Positions 1 to 7,607 of a DNA stretch of 9,618 nt are shown piece by piece. The notes beneath the pieces are model-generated. The model did not search any database. It worked only from the letters and a program-made list of their open reading frames with translations, and was not told where the DNA came from. A program made the position numbers and the translations under genes. Where the stretch lies: the IMG/VR virus record IMGVR_UViG_2734482579_000011. One strand, written 5' to 3'. The DNA is from a virus (Duplodnaviria > Heunggongvirae > Uroviricota > Caudoviricetes). Positions within the stretch are counted from its first letter, which is position 1; every line of letters starts with the position of its first letter.

Positions 1-35
1 GAACAGGAGGGACAGCTGATAGAAACAGAAGCCAC
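1..35 (-). CDS. insA: IS1 InsA, N-terminal fragment (GTG start at 35..33, continues past the window edge)
   Basis: Minus-strand translation from the GTG at 35 gives ASVSISCPSC..., the known InsA N-terminus; truncated by the window, not by mutation. Confidence 0.8.
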   Translation of the reverse strand, partial: MASVSISCPSC

Positions 36-90
36 TGGAGCACCTCAAAAACACCATCATACACTAAATCAGTAAGTTGGCAGCATCACC
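1..90 (-). mobile_element. IS1 insertion sequence, partial (first 90 bp including the left terminal inverted repeat; body continues beyond the window start)
   Basis: Reverse complement of 1..90 reads GGTGATGCTGCCAACTTACTGATTTAGTG...CCAGTGGCTTCTGTTTCTATCAGCTGTCCCTCCTGTTC, which I recognise as the IS1 left end; the terminal IR is at 68..90 and the element boundary is 90/91. Confidence 0.92.
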
Positions 91-242
91 CCGCCACAGA
101 ACAATTATTGCTTTTGCCGTTGATGACAATAAAGTTTTTATCGCAGGCGTATACCACGGTGGGCAAATCTATGAAACCGATTTTTTATCCAGTGCACCGT
201 AAAACCCCCATCCTTCAGGGCGTGGCGGATATCAAACTTTGG

Positions 243-1325
243 TCATTTTCTCTGGCTGATCTTTACCGGATAACCATCCCGAAGATCAATTAAGTGCTCC
301 GGTTCAGAAGCAAACCATGCATAAGATCCCCACGCCAATTCTGGTATTGCCTTTTTAAAAGGCAGAGCACTTCTGTCCATAAATGCCGTAAGGAATGCAA
401 GATTTTTCTCGCTGAACCCAGCGTCAATAGCCAAATGAGTGAGAGTAACTTTTCGTTCCCTGTTTATAGGCCCATCTGTCGCAACTACTTCAGTGAAAAC
501 TACAAGCATGTCCGAACCCGTTCGGTCCTCTCCCAAATCAATCAAAATAATATCTGGAAGTGCTTTTGAGGCATCAATATTCAGCCCCAATGCTTTTGCC
601 AATACATCATCCTGAGCAACAACTTTATTCCCGGATTCAGACAACCAGAGCACAGTTGGATTCTTAAGAAAATTAGGAGCAAAAACTTCGATGACGGCCT
701 TAGCTATTGTACTTGACGGGCCCGGAGCTAAAGTTCTCTTCTCTCCATTTGGGAAAGTGACGACTACGGCATCAGCAGCAATCACTGCCCCTGATTTCAA
801 TAAACGCAACCTAGCAAGAGCGGCTTTGTTCAAATGATTTTCTTGCCAGGAACTTATTGCACTCAGCAGCGAATCTCCTTCAAGCCCGGCATCAAAGAGT
901 GCTGCAAAAGAGCGATTCAAACTGTAACGAGGACGAGAGGATGTGGTGGGTATACCTTTACGCTCAACAATTGCATTGCAAGGTATTAGGCCATTTTTTA
1001 TAGTTTCATCACGTATTGGCTCACGCGTATTTTCCGCATACCATGCATCAGCAGGCCTTATCTTTTGTTTAGAGAAAGTCATCTTTACCCAGCTTTCTCT
1101 GGACGCATCATCAGTAAGAGCAGCCTGCGAATCTCCCATACTTACAACCTGGCTGGGCCTTATCCATCGCCCCAGCCCCTCAACCGCACCAGCATAAAAC
1201 ATGACAAAAATTGTTTTTGCAGCTATTTCCCGAATTAAATATCCACGATTCTCAGTCCCTTCAGGGAAAATTAATTGTAATCTTTCCCGGATAACATTCA
1301 ATGGGGGAACAACAGGCAGATTCAT
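243..1325 (-). CDS. Putative type II restriction endonuclease (360 aa), partner of the upstream methyltransferase; possibly BsuBI/PstI-like, family unverified
   Basis: ATG at 1325..1323 overlaps the methyltransferase TGA (1324..1322) as ATGA, so the two are co-directional and translationally coupled. Contains LPDIILIDLGED...VVFTEVV, a possible degenerate PD-(D/E)XK core. Lower GC than the phage genes. Family is a recollection-based guess. Confidence 0.6.
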   Translation of the reverse strand: MNLPVVPPLNVIRERLQLIFPEGTENRGYLIREIAAKTIFVMFYAGAVEGLGRWIRPSQVVSMGDSQAALTDDASRESWVKMTFSKQKIRPADAWYAENTREPIRDETIKNGLIPCNAIVERKGIPTTSSRPRYSLNRSFAALFDAGLEGDSLLSAISSWQENHLNKAALARLRLLKSGAVIAADAVVVTFPNGEKRTLAPGPSSTIAKAVIEVFAPNFLKNPTVLWLSESGNKVVAQDDVLAKALGLNIDASKALPDIILIDLGEDRTGSDMLVVFTEVVATDGPINRERKVTLTHLAIDAGFSEKNLAFLTAFMDRSALPFKKAIPELAWGSYAWFASEPEHLIDLRDGYPVKISQRK

Positions 1326-3154
1326 GCAATCATCACTCCATAGAAACCAGCGATAGTTCTCTCAATAATCCGTCTGTGGACGCCAGCATCAATTAACGAT
1401 TGAATCTCCATCACCTGCTCCAGAGAAGGCAACGGGATTGAATTCAATTCATAGGCCGAAACAGCAACACTTCCGCTTATACACCTGAACGCCCGATCGA
1501 CAACATGCGAATTAAGTAGCATATCAATAACATCAGGGCGAACCGCAGAGAACAATCCGTTTGAATATACAATATTAATATGGTTTTCAACTACTACGCC
1601 ACCAGTTTCATCTATAAATCCCTGAGGTAAAATTGCCGCTAAAATCCTTCTGTCCTGTTCCTTCGATGTTGTCCGCTGAACAAGCACACATTCAGATTTT
1701 GTCACAAGGAAACCCTGTTGTGGGGTTATATCGATATAGGGAACATGATTTTTTCTGTCTGCACTAAAACGAAAACCAGCTGAAGTTATTGATTCCGCCC
1801 AGACTAATGGGTAGCTATTTTTTCCTTTCGTCGTACGCAACTGCGACTTAAATCGATTCCAGACTAACTGACCTGTAGAGACTGAGTATCCCAGATCAGC
1901 TAAACGCGTAGACATCTGTTTTAATACATTAAGAAAACAGGCATCATCTTTAACGCGTGGCAAAAGCCACGTTGCTCCACCTTTTTCTATATCAACATTA
2001 CCTATTTTCTCAATTTTTGCTTTGTTCAACCCCTTAGGGACAAGTGAGGATACCTGGGCCCGAACTTTATGTTCTCCCGCCTTGAATGCTGTCAACATTG
2101 TTTCCTGGAGAACATCGTCAAAGACCCCATCCCTGTCAGTGACGAAATCAAGGGCATACGGAGTAGTTTTTTCGGTCAAAAGGGTTCGCAGCGCGGTGAA
2201 ATACTGCCCACCAAGAAAAGAAGTTGGCGTAAGAAATGCAATAACTCCTGTTTTCTCTTTAACCATGCGAACAGCTAAGTCGGTGAACAATCCATATAGA
2301 TTTGCATGACCAAATAACGAACGAGAATATTTTTCTCTCGTTTTAATATCGAGAGTGACACGTCCGTAAGGCGGATTCCCTACCACAAGATCATAACCAG
2401 AAAATTTATCTTGCTGAAGCGCATCAGCAACAATAATTGTATCTTCAGGCAATCTACGTTTTACCTTTACACATAGTGGCATTAGTACAGATTCGAGCAA
2501 TACCAAACTCATCCAAGCCGCAAATGGATCGATCTCTATCCCCTTTAAACGACGACTGATTCTCCTCAACATCCATTCAGGGGAAGACCCCTTGTCTTTT
2601 TTTAACATTCGAATGGCTACTGGTGCCAAAAATGCACCGCCACCACACGCAGGATCAATAACCGATGCATGAGAAAAATCAACACCAGACTTTTCAGCCA
2701 GGTCCAAGAGACGCGCTACCAAAGGTGGGGGGGTATAGTAAGCCCCCAATTCCGAACGGTAAGCGGATGGCAGCATTACCGTATAAATTGACCCAATCAG
2801 ATATCCAGCGTCCTCCGCCGGAAATTGAGCAATAAGCTCACCTGTTCGTTCAGCGAGCTCGCGTGCATCACATGGAATGTCTTCTATGTAAACAGTGTGC
2901 GGTACTGCCCTCATTTTAATGCTGCTTTTTTGCTTTTTTGCAAGGGTATCCCAATATGCAGCTACGATGCTGAAGCAGTATGAGCGGGCATGCATCAACC
3001 TTGACTGCCCGGTTTTGTAATTGCCCGCATAACCTTTGGCCATGGCTTTACAAGTTTGATATCTTTCCAGATTAGAAAACTCATTATCTGTAAAAAAATC
3101 AAAATGTTGCACATTCATAATGTAAAATCCTAATGTATCAAACATGCGGGCCAT
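1322..3154 (-). CDS. Gamma-class N6-adenine DNA methyltransferase (610 aa), Eco57I/TaqI-like catalytic domain with a C-terminal target-recognition region
   Basis: Motif order in the translation: GAYYTPPPLVARLL (motif X), VIDPACGGGAFLAPV (motif I, AdoMet binding), VVGNPPYGR (motif IV, NPPY). About 330 aa follow as a presumptive TRD. Alternative in-frame ATGs at 3145 and 3118; the start is uncertain. Confidence 0.9.
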   Translation of the reverse strand: MARMFDTLGFYIMNVQHFDFFTDNEFSNLERYQTCKAMAKGYAGNYKTGQSRLMHARSYCFSIVAAYWDTLAKKQKSSIKMRAVPHTVYIEDIPCDARELAERTGELIAQFPAEDAGYLIGSIYTVMLPSAYRSELGAYYTPPPLVARLLDLAEKSGVDFSHASVIDPACGGGAFLAPVAIRMLKKDKGSSPEWMLRRISRRLKGIEIDPFAAWMSLVLLESVLMPLCVKVKRRLPEDTIIVADALQQDKFSGYDLVVGNPPYGRVTLDIKTREKYSRSLFGHANLYGLFTDLAVRMVKEKTGVIAFLTPTSFLGGQYFTALRTLLTEKTTPYALDFVTDRDGVFDDVLQETMLTAFKAGEHKVRAQVSSLVPKGLNKAKIEKIGNVDIEKGGATWLLPRVKDDACFLNVLKQMSTRLADLGYSVSTGQLVWNRFKSQLRTTKGKNSYPLVWAESITSAGFRFSADRKNHVPYIDITPQQGFLVTKSECVLVQRTTSKEQDRRILAAILPQGFIDETGGVVVENHINIVYSNGLFSAVRPDVIDMLLNSHVVDRAFRCISGSVAVSAYELNSIPLPSLEQVMEIQSLIDAGVHRRIIERTIAGFYGVMIA

Positions 3155-3368
3155 AACATCTCATGGTGGCGCATAGCAAACTGGCCCGAAGAATATCACG
3201 CACCAAGTCGATCTCATAACCCGTTATGACAATAAATCTTTGTAGCTGAACTCACTTGGTGATTTGTCAATCATTCCTGGCCTCCAGTTCGTCCTGAATC
3301 TCTTTATCGAGTTCACCGTATTTGTTAGTCCTCATCACTCACGACTTGACTTCCAGAAATAACCTTGA

Positions 3369-3725
3369 TTATTCGGGGCTATATTTTGTCACCCTGCGTA
3401 TCCGCGCTTTCGCATTACGCTCAATCTGGATTAGCTTTTCTATATTTTTTCGCCTTTCCCGCTCCTCCTGGCGCAAGAGCCTTACATCATCTGCCAGTCT
3501 GGTTTCTCTTTTCGCCACAGAGAGCATCCAGTCAAATGGCTCCACAACTGCACCGCAAATTTTACAGCGGACCTGACGCTCTTTTTCGTCAACCCGGACA
3601 GAAGCGTGATGGCAATATGGTCTTTCCGATGGCTCATAAAGAAAATTAACCTGATTACGAGGGTTATCCTCTTTTACCGGAAATAAAACAATATTGCTTA
3701 ACTCATCTTCTGGTTTTATTTCCAT
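3369..3725 (-). CDS. Hypothetical phage early protein (118 aa) with a putative zinc-ribbon (C-H-H...C-x2-C) and a basic, coiled-coil-like C-terminus
   Basis: ATG at 3725..3723 is preceded by a strong SD (minus strand AAGGAGAGGAGC then ATG). The track ORF extends to a GTG at 3782, but the internal ATG with SD is preferred. Cys/His cluster PYCHHASV...CKICGAV. Confidence 0.65.
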   Translation of the reverse strand: MEIKPEDELSNIVLFPVKEDNPRNQVNFLYEPSERPYCHHASVRVDEKERQVRCKICGAVVEPFDWMLSVAKRETRLADDVRLLRQEERERRKNIEKLIQIERNAKARIRRVTKYSPE

Positions 3726-3782
3726 GCTCCTCTCCTTTGATGCGAATGCCAGCGGTAATTGAAGCCTGATAGCTAATTTCAC

Positions 3783-4205
3783 TCACAGTACCGCCTCCTG
3801 AAAATCACCCTGATAGAAAGCCGGTACACGCTGCATAACTTCACTCTTCCGGCACTCGCGACAGATTATGTTCTGATGTCTGTCGTAGCGGCGTATTTCT
3901 CCGTCCGGTAATGACCAGATAAGGTCCGGATCAACCACAGATGGTTTCTTCAGCTTTGCCCTCGAGAGTTTTTTGCGGGCGTTTTGCCAGTCCTTACGAG
4001 CCTGTTCAGACGGGAATAACCCGTAGCCAGAGTTGTATACATCCCCACTGGCAACCAGCTCTCTGGCGAGAACGCTTATTAAATATCTTGTCGCCCCGGT
4101 TTTAGCTTCCAGTTGTCGTAACGTCTCGCGCCCACTCTGGCGTACGAGTTCAACAACCTGCCCCTTAATTTTTTCCCGCTCTTCCTGTGTAAATACTTTT
4201 GCCAT
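3783..4205 (-). CDS. Hypothetical phage early protein (140 aa), HTH-like N-terminus, CxxC near the C-terminus
   Basis: ATG at 4205..4203 (MAKVFTQEE...); the track ORF begins 5 codons upstream at a TTG. Ends ...NIICRECRKSEV.... Co-directional and tightly packed with flanking genes. Confidence 0.65.
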   Translation of the reverse strand: MAKVFTQEEREKIKGQVVELVRQSGRETLRQLEAKTGATRYLISVLARELVASGDVYNSGYGLFPSEQARKDWQNARKKLSRAKLKKPSVVDPDLIWSLPDGEIRRYDRHQNIICRECRKSEVMQRVPAFYQGDFQEAVL

Positions 4206-4220
4206 AAGCGCCCCCGGCAA

Positions 4221-4946
4221 TCACTTTTCCGACACAATACGACCGGAGGAATCGACAATCTGTCGAACAATATCCCGGTGCTTGTTCAGCTCCCGCAACG
4301 CGGCGCAGACACGCTCCCACTTCTGGACATGACTTTTCGCCCGACGCAGTTCGCGGTTTGCCATATGCAGCGATGGTAAAACCAGGTCATCCGCTTGCGT
4401 TTCGGTGAACGATGGCAACGACTGCACAATGTCCGCCACAGTTTCTGTTTTAATTTCTTCCTGTGTTGCAGCTTCCTGTACCGGTAACGCAACACCTGCT
4501 GGCTGAGGAAAGACTTTACCATCCGTTTCCGCTATGGATGCGGCTTTCGGCTCTGCCGGTAAATCAGCGCCCGGTATGCAGTACCGAAATTTACCGCCCT
4601 GATTCACGCGAATCAGACGCCCTTTGCTGATTGCCATGGCCAGCGATGAATTCGCCCGGCGGGAGGTAATCCCGAACATCAGTGCCAGCTCATCCGCCGT
4701 TTGTGGGCCATGTTGTTCAATCGCCTCAGTCAGCATTTGCGCTGTCACTTTCGGTACCGGTGACACTGGTTCACTTTCACCAGCCTGAATCAGCCACCAC
4801 ATCGAACCCTTGTTATCCGCTTCACCACGGCGCTTCAGTTTCCACAGTTCGTTGACCGCATCTTCACGGCTGATTCCAAGGCGGGACGCCACCACATGTG
4901 AAGAGGCTCTTTTCAGTGCTTTCAGTGCGTCAAATACAGTTTCCAT
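4221..4946 (-). CDS. Hypothetical phage protein (241 aa) with two predicted winged-helix-like segments; resembles DUF1627-type proteins found after replication genes in enterobacterial prophages (recollection)
   Basis: ATG at 4946..4944 with SD GGAGGA 7 nt upstream, 21 nt after the DnaC-like TAA stop. Similar segments ...[23 protein letters not shown]... and ...[25 protein letters not shown].... Confidence 0.7.
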   Translation of the reverse strand: METVFDALKALKRASSHVVASRLGISREDAVNELWKLKRRGEADNKGSMWWLIQAGESEPVSPVPKVTAQMLTEAIEQHGPQTADELALMFGITSRRANSSLAMAISKGRLIRVNQGGKFRYCIPGADLPAEPKAASIAETDGKVFPQPAGVALPVQEAATQEEIKTETVADIVQSLPSFTETQADDLVLPSLHMANRELRRAKSHVQKWERVCAALRELNKHRDIVRQIVDSSGRIVSEK

Positions 4947-4967
4947 TAAAACATCCTCCAACAAAAA

Positions 4968-5509
4968 TTACTTCACAACTCCCGGAAAGCTGACATTTGA
5001 ACGCCAGCTATCCCAGTTAAACGTCACCCACCGACAACCGTTCATGGTCATGCGGTCCATAATCCTCTCACCAAGAAGCGTGCTCATTGCGGCATGATTC
5101 AGGTTTGTTAACATCCCGACACTGCACAGTGATGCTGTCCGGCGATCAATTATCTGGTGCAATACCACCTGCTCGTTTTTCGTCTCCCGCTGAATGCCTA
5201 TTTCATCCAGGACCAGCAAATCAACCCCGCAAAGCTCCTGTAAAAATTTTTCACCGGATTTGCCGTTGTCGTAGCTGTCATGCAACACGCTCATGACATC
5301 AGACTCGGTGACGATAATCACGCTGCGCCCCTTCGCCATCAGCCGGTTACCCATCGCCGCTGCAAGGTGATTTTTCCCGGTGCCGGTTTTACCGCTGAAC
5401 ACAAAATTCGTGCACCCGGTCATCAGTTCGTCAGCTATGGATTTGGCCTGGCTCAGCGCGTATTTTTGCCCGTCGTTCTGCACCTGATAATTCGCAAACG
5501 AGCATTTGC
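4968..5509 (-). CDS. DnaC-like helicase loader / IstB-like AAA+ ATPase (phage replication protein), 5' end lost in the N gap
   Basis: Walker A FVFSGKTGTGKNHLAAA and Walker B DLLVLDEIG in the translation; the ORF is open up to the N run at 5510, so the true start lies in or beyond the gap. Confidence 0.85.
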
Positions 5510-5751
5510 NNNNNNNNNNNNNNNNNNNNNNNNNNNNNNNNNNNNNNNNNNNNNNNNNNNNNNNNNNNNNNNNNNNNNNNNNNNNNNNNNNNNNNNNNNN
5601 NNNNNNNNNNNNNNNNNNNNNNNNNNNNNNNNNNNNNNNNNNNNNNNNNNNNNNNNNNNNNNNNNNNNNNNNNNNNNNNNNNNNNNNNNNNNNNNNNNNN
5701 NNNNNNNNNNNNNNNNNNNNNNNNNNNNNNNNNNNNNNNNNNNNNNNNNNN
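5510..5751. other. Run of 242 N (assembly gap or masked sequence)
   Basis: Directly visible. It interrupts the junction between the initiator and the DnaC-like gene; true length and content unknown. Confidence 0.99.
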
Positions 5752-6739
5752 TTACCGGGAGCAACCAGGGGTTTTCAAAATTCCGGTCCGGCCCAAAAAA
5801 CGTCGTCGCTCGCTGAACAAATTCCGTTCCCGCTTTCCCGGTCGCCGCCAGGTATCTCGCGTAACGCCTCACACCATCCAGCATGGTCTCTGGTGGCACC
5901 CCCTCGCGCAATCTGGCCTTCCAGGCACTGAATGCGGATTTCTTCGGGTTTGCCCCGGCACGCAACGGGTATTCCCGCCAGACCTGTTCGAACACATCCG
6001 GATAATCCACTCGTCCCACAGGCTGCCCGGTGTTTTCCGGGGCTACCCGATCGGCTTCCCGCTGAATGGCGGAATCGGCTTCAGGCTGCTGCAGTTGGAG
6101 TGATTGCTCCGGCCTTGCGGTCATCACCTGCTGCACAGCGCCCGAATCGGCTTTCAGCGCATACGCTGAATCGGCTTCCGGTGTCGAGCCTGCTGGCTGA
6201 CCAGGATTGACGGTCTGAACATCCCCTGCCTGGTTCGTGGCGTTTTTTACGCCATGGACCATAGTGTTTTGATCTTCTTTATCTGTATCTTTATCTGTAT
6301 CTGTCGTGACTCGTCGTGACATGTGCGTGACATTTCGTGACGCGCCGTGACAATCGCCATTTTGTTCCCGCTTTCTTTCCCTCTCTCGCTGCGCCCTCTT
6401 GCGCTCTGCAGGAGATTTTGCGGTTTGCGAAATATTGCCGTTGTCCTCTTTAAGCACCTGGCGTTTTTCCCATCCAGTGATTAAATCACCATCAAGTACC
6501 CGCCCCTGCATCGTCTGCAAAATTGAATCAATTACCTCTTCTGTCACGTCGAGCGCACTTGCCAAATCTTCTGTCGTGACATCAATGTGACCTCGCGTGA
6601 CATTTCGTGACGCGCTCACCAGGAGGTGGATATACACTGCCATCACTGTTGCAATTGGCTGCCCTGACACCCTGGCAATTGTTCGCCACTTAGGGTCATT
6701 TGGCATGTCATGCCATAATCTGAGCCAGGCGTTAGCCAT
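5752..6739 (-). CDS. Phage replication initiation / replisome-organiser protein (O-like; YdaU-type context), 3' end lost in the N gap
   Basis: ATG at 6739..6737 with SD-like AGAGGTGA upstream (GTG alternative at 6745). Directly upstream of the DnaC-like gene, as in lambdoid replication modules. Acidic/TDKD linker and internal iterons. The track ORF's tail beyond the gap (to 5453) is a frame artefact. Confidence 0.7.
6277..6304. repeat. Tandem 12-bp repeat (CTTTATCTGTAT x2 plus partial) in an AT-rich stretch immediately beside the iterons
   Basis: Directly visible; encodes the TDKDTDKE acidic linker on the minus strand. It lies 3' of the iterons in the gene's direction, like the AT-rich region of lambda ori. 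Confidence 0.6.
6305..6351. repeat. Iteron-like array: five CGTGAC hexamers at 10-11 bp phasing inside the initiator gene (candidate phage ori)
   Basis: CGTGAC begins at 6305, 6315, 6326, 6336 and 6346. On the coding strand the hexamers fall in different reading frames, so this is a DNA-level periodicity and not a peptide repeat. Confidence 0.55.
6543..6615. repeat. Second iteron-like cluster (GTCACG/CGTGAC units at about 10 bp phasing) containing an exact 21-bp copy of part of the first array
   Basis: GTCACG at 6543; CGTGAC at 6575, 6596 and 6606; TGTGAC at 6586. The 21-mer GCGTGACATTTCGTGACGCGC occurs at 6325..6345 and again at 6595..6615. Confidence 0.5.
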
Positions 6740-6810
6740 ACTCACCTCTTCTGATACCGAATCTTTTTACTCACGAGTTGCCGGGAGCGATTCGATATGG
6801 CTATTGTCAG

Positions 6811-7236
6811 TCAATGTACTGCCACAGCATTTCCTGCCGGGCCACCACGGTTCATCTGATTGAAACCGGCGATTGCCACTGCGACAAAATCATCAGCGTC
6901 TCTCACCAGTCGTTCATGCGTCTCCACCAGTTCCCGAAAATAAGCTGAACTGTGGCTGCGCATTCGAGCCACCAGCGGAGGTGGCATTGCCCTTTCGATC
7001 GCAGGTAACAACGCCTGAATTTTTTCAACAGCGTCAGGGGTGTCTTTATCCAGCCAACGGAAAATCTTTTGGGTGTTGAGATAAAGCGTGTTGTGCTTGC
7101 TGTCGTTATGCAGAACCGGAAACGTCATTCCCAGTTCGAAATAAACCCTGGTTATTTCAGCTGCCGGAACTTTTTCACCGTCCGGATGCGCCCAGGCTTT
7201 CATCGCCATGCGGATGTGTTCATGCTTGATTTTCAT
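6811..7236 (-). CDS. ydaT: YdaT-like protein (141 aa), reported as a CII-like regulator in Rac/CP-933P-type prophages
   Basis: ATG at 7236..7234 overlaps the upstream gene's TGA (ATGA). Size and position immediately after the Cro-like gene match the ydaS-ydaT arrangement; homology is recollection-based. Confidence 0.55.
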   Translation of the reverse strand: MKIKHEHIRMAMKAWAHPDGEKVPAAEITRVYFELGMTFPVLHNDSKHNTLYLNTQKIFRWLDKDTPDAVEKIQALLPAIERAMPPPLVARMRSHSSAYFRELVETHERLVRDADDFVAVAIAGFNQMNRGGPAGNAVAVH

Positions 7237-7496
7237 GAATCAACCCCCGCCGATGGTTGTGTGTTAGCCTGAAACTCAGCAGGCAAGCCGTCAGTTGGGT
7301 TGGGGTAGGTTTTACTGTCAATCTCATGTGGGGTCACCACCCATCCCGTTGCTTCACACCAACGTAATATTTTTTCTCCTGTAAGTTTTGCACGCCCCGT
7401 TATAACGTGGCTGACCATCCCTTGGGATGCGCCAACAATCTCAGCAAATGAACTCTGGGTTATATGAAAATGATGCAAATATTCTCCAAGATTCAT
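7233..7496 (-). CDS. ydaS: Cro-like / YdaS-family HTH DNA-binding protein (87 aa)
   Basis: HTH-like segment ITQSSFAEIVGASQGMVSHVITGRAKLTGEKILRWCEATG; divergent from the repressor gene across an operator-rich intergenic region. Start taken as ATG at 7496 (the track ORF begins at a TTG at 7523). Confidence 0.7.
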   Translation of the reverse strand: MNLGEYLHHFHITQSSFAEIVGASQGMVSHVITGRAKLTGEKILRWCEATGWVVTPHEIDSKTYPNPTDGLPAEFQANTQPSAGVDS

Positions 7497-7532
7497 AATC
7501 CGCCCTATGTGATGTGTTACCAATGCATAATT

Positions 7533-7595
7533 AATAGCACTGTTATTTTTAAAAGTAAATAGTGATACTATTTCAAAGTGATTAGCAATCTTATT
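7533..7595. promoter_or_regulatory. OR-like operator cluster with divergent promoters between the cro-like and repressor genes
   Basis: Three 15-bp imperfect palindromes about 24 bp apart: AATAGCACTGTTATT (7533..7547), AATAGTGATACTATT (7558..7572), and weaker ATTAGCAATCTTATT (7581..7595). Candidate minus-strand promoter (-35 at 7554..7559, -10 at 7531..7536) and plus-strand promoter (-35 TTCAAA 7572..7577, -10 TAGAAT 7595..7600) overlap them. Confidence 0.55.
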
Positions 7596-7607
7596 AGAAT
7601 TGGATGT

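Noticed and set aside
294-2309. Plus-strand ORFs inside the RM genes (294..569, 943..1197, 2022..2309, 2069..2278)
   Set aside because: They lie antisense within long minus-strand genes that carry clear catalytic motifs; they have no ribosome-binding sites and low-complexity translations. Treated as shadow ORFs.
2727-2733. G7 homopolymer (C7 on the coding strand) inside the methyltransferase gene, considered as a phase-variation slip tract
   Set aside because: It encodes the conserved TPPP of motif X and is short at 7 nt; more likely codon-constrained than a contingency locus. Checkable by looking for length variants in reads.
3322-4522. Plus-strand and alternative-frame ORFs overlapping the three small minus-strand genes (3322..3576, 3365..3649, 4033..4332, 4079..4270, 4286..4522)
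   Set aside because: They overlap better-supported genes that have ribosome-binding sites and tight spacing; translations are low-complexity.
5280-5931. ORFs whose translations run through the N gap (5280..5816, 5506..5931, and the 5453..5751 tail of the 430-aa track ORF)
   Set aside because: Their open frames are created by untranslatable N codons; the gap length is arbitrary so the frame relationship across it is meaningless.
5932-6863. Plus-strand ORFs antisense to the initiator gene (5932..6210, 6399..6590, 6597..6863)
   Set aside because: GC-rich antisense frames with Pro/Arg/Ser-rich translations and no start context; the minus-strand initiator gene explains the region.
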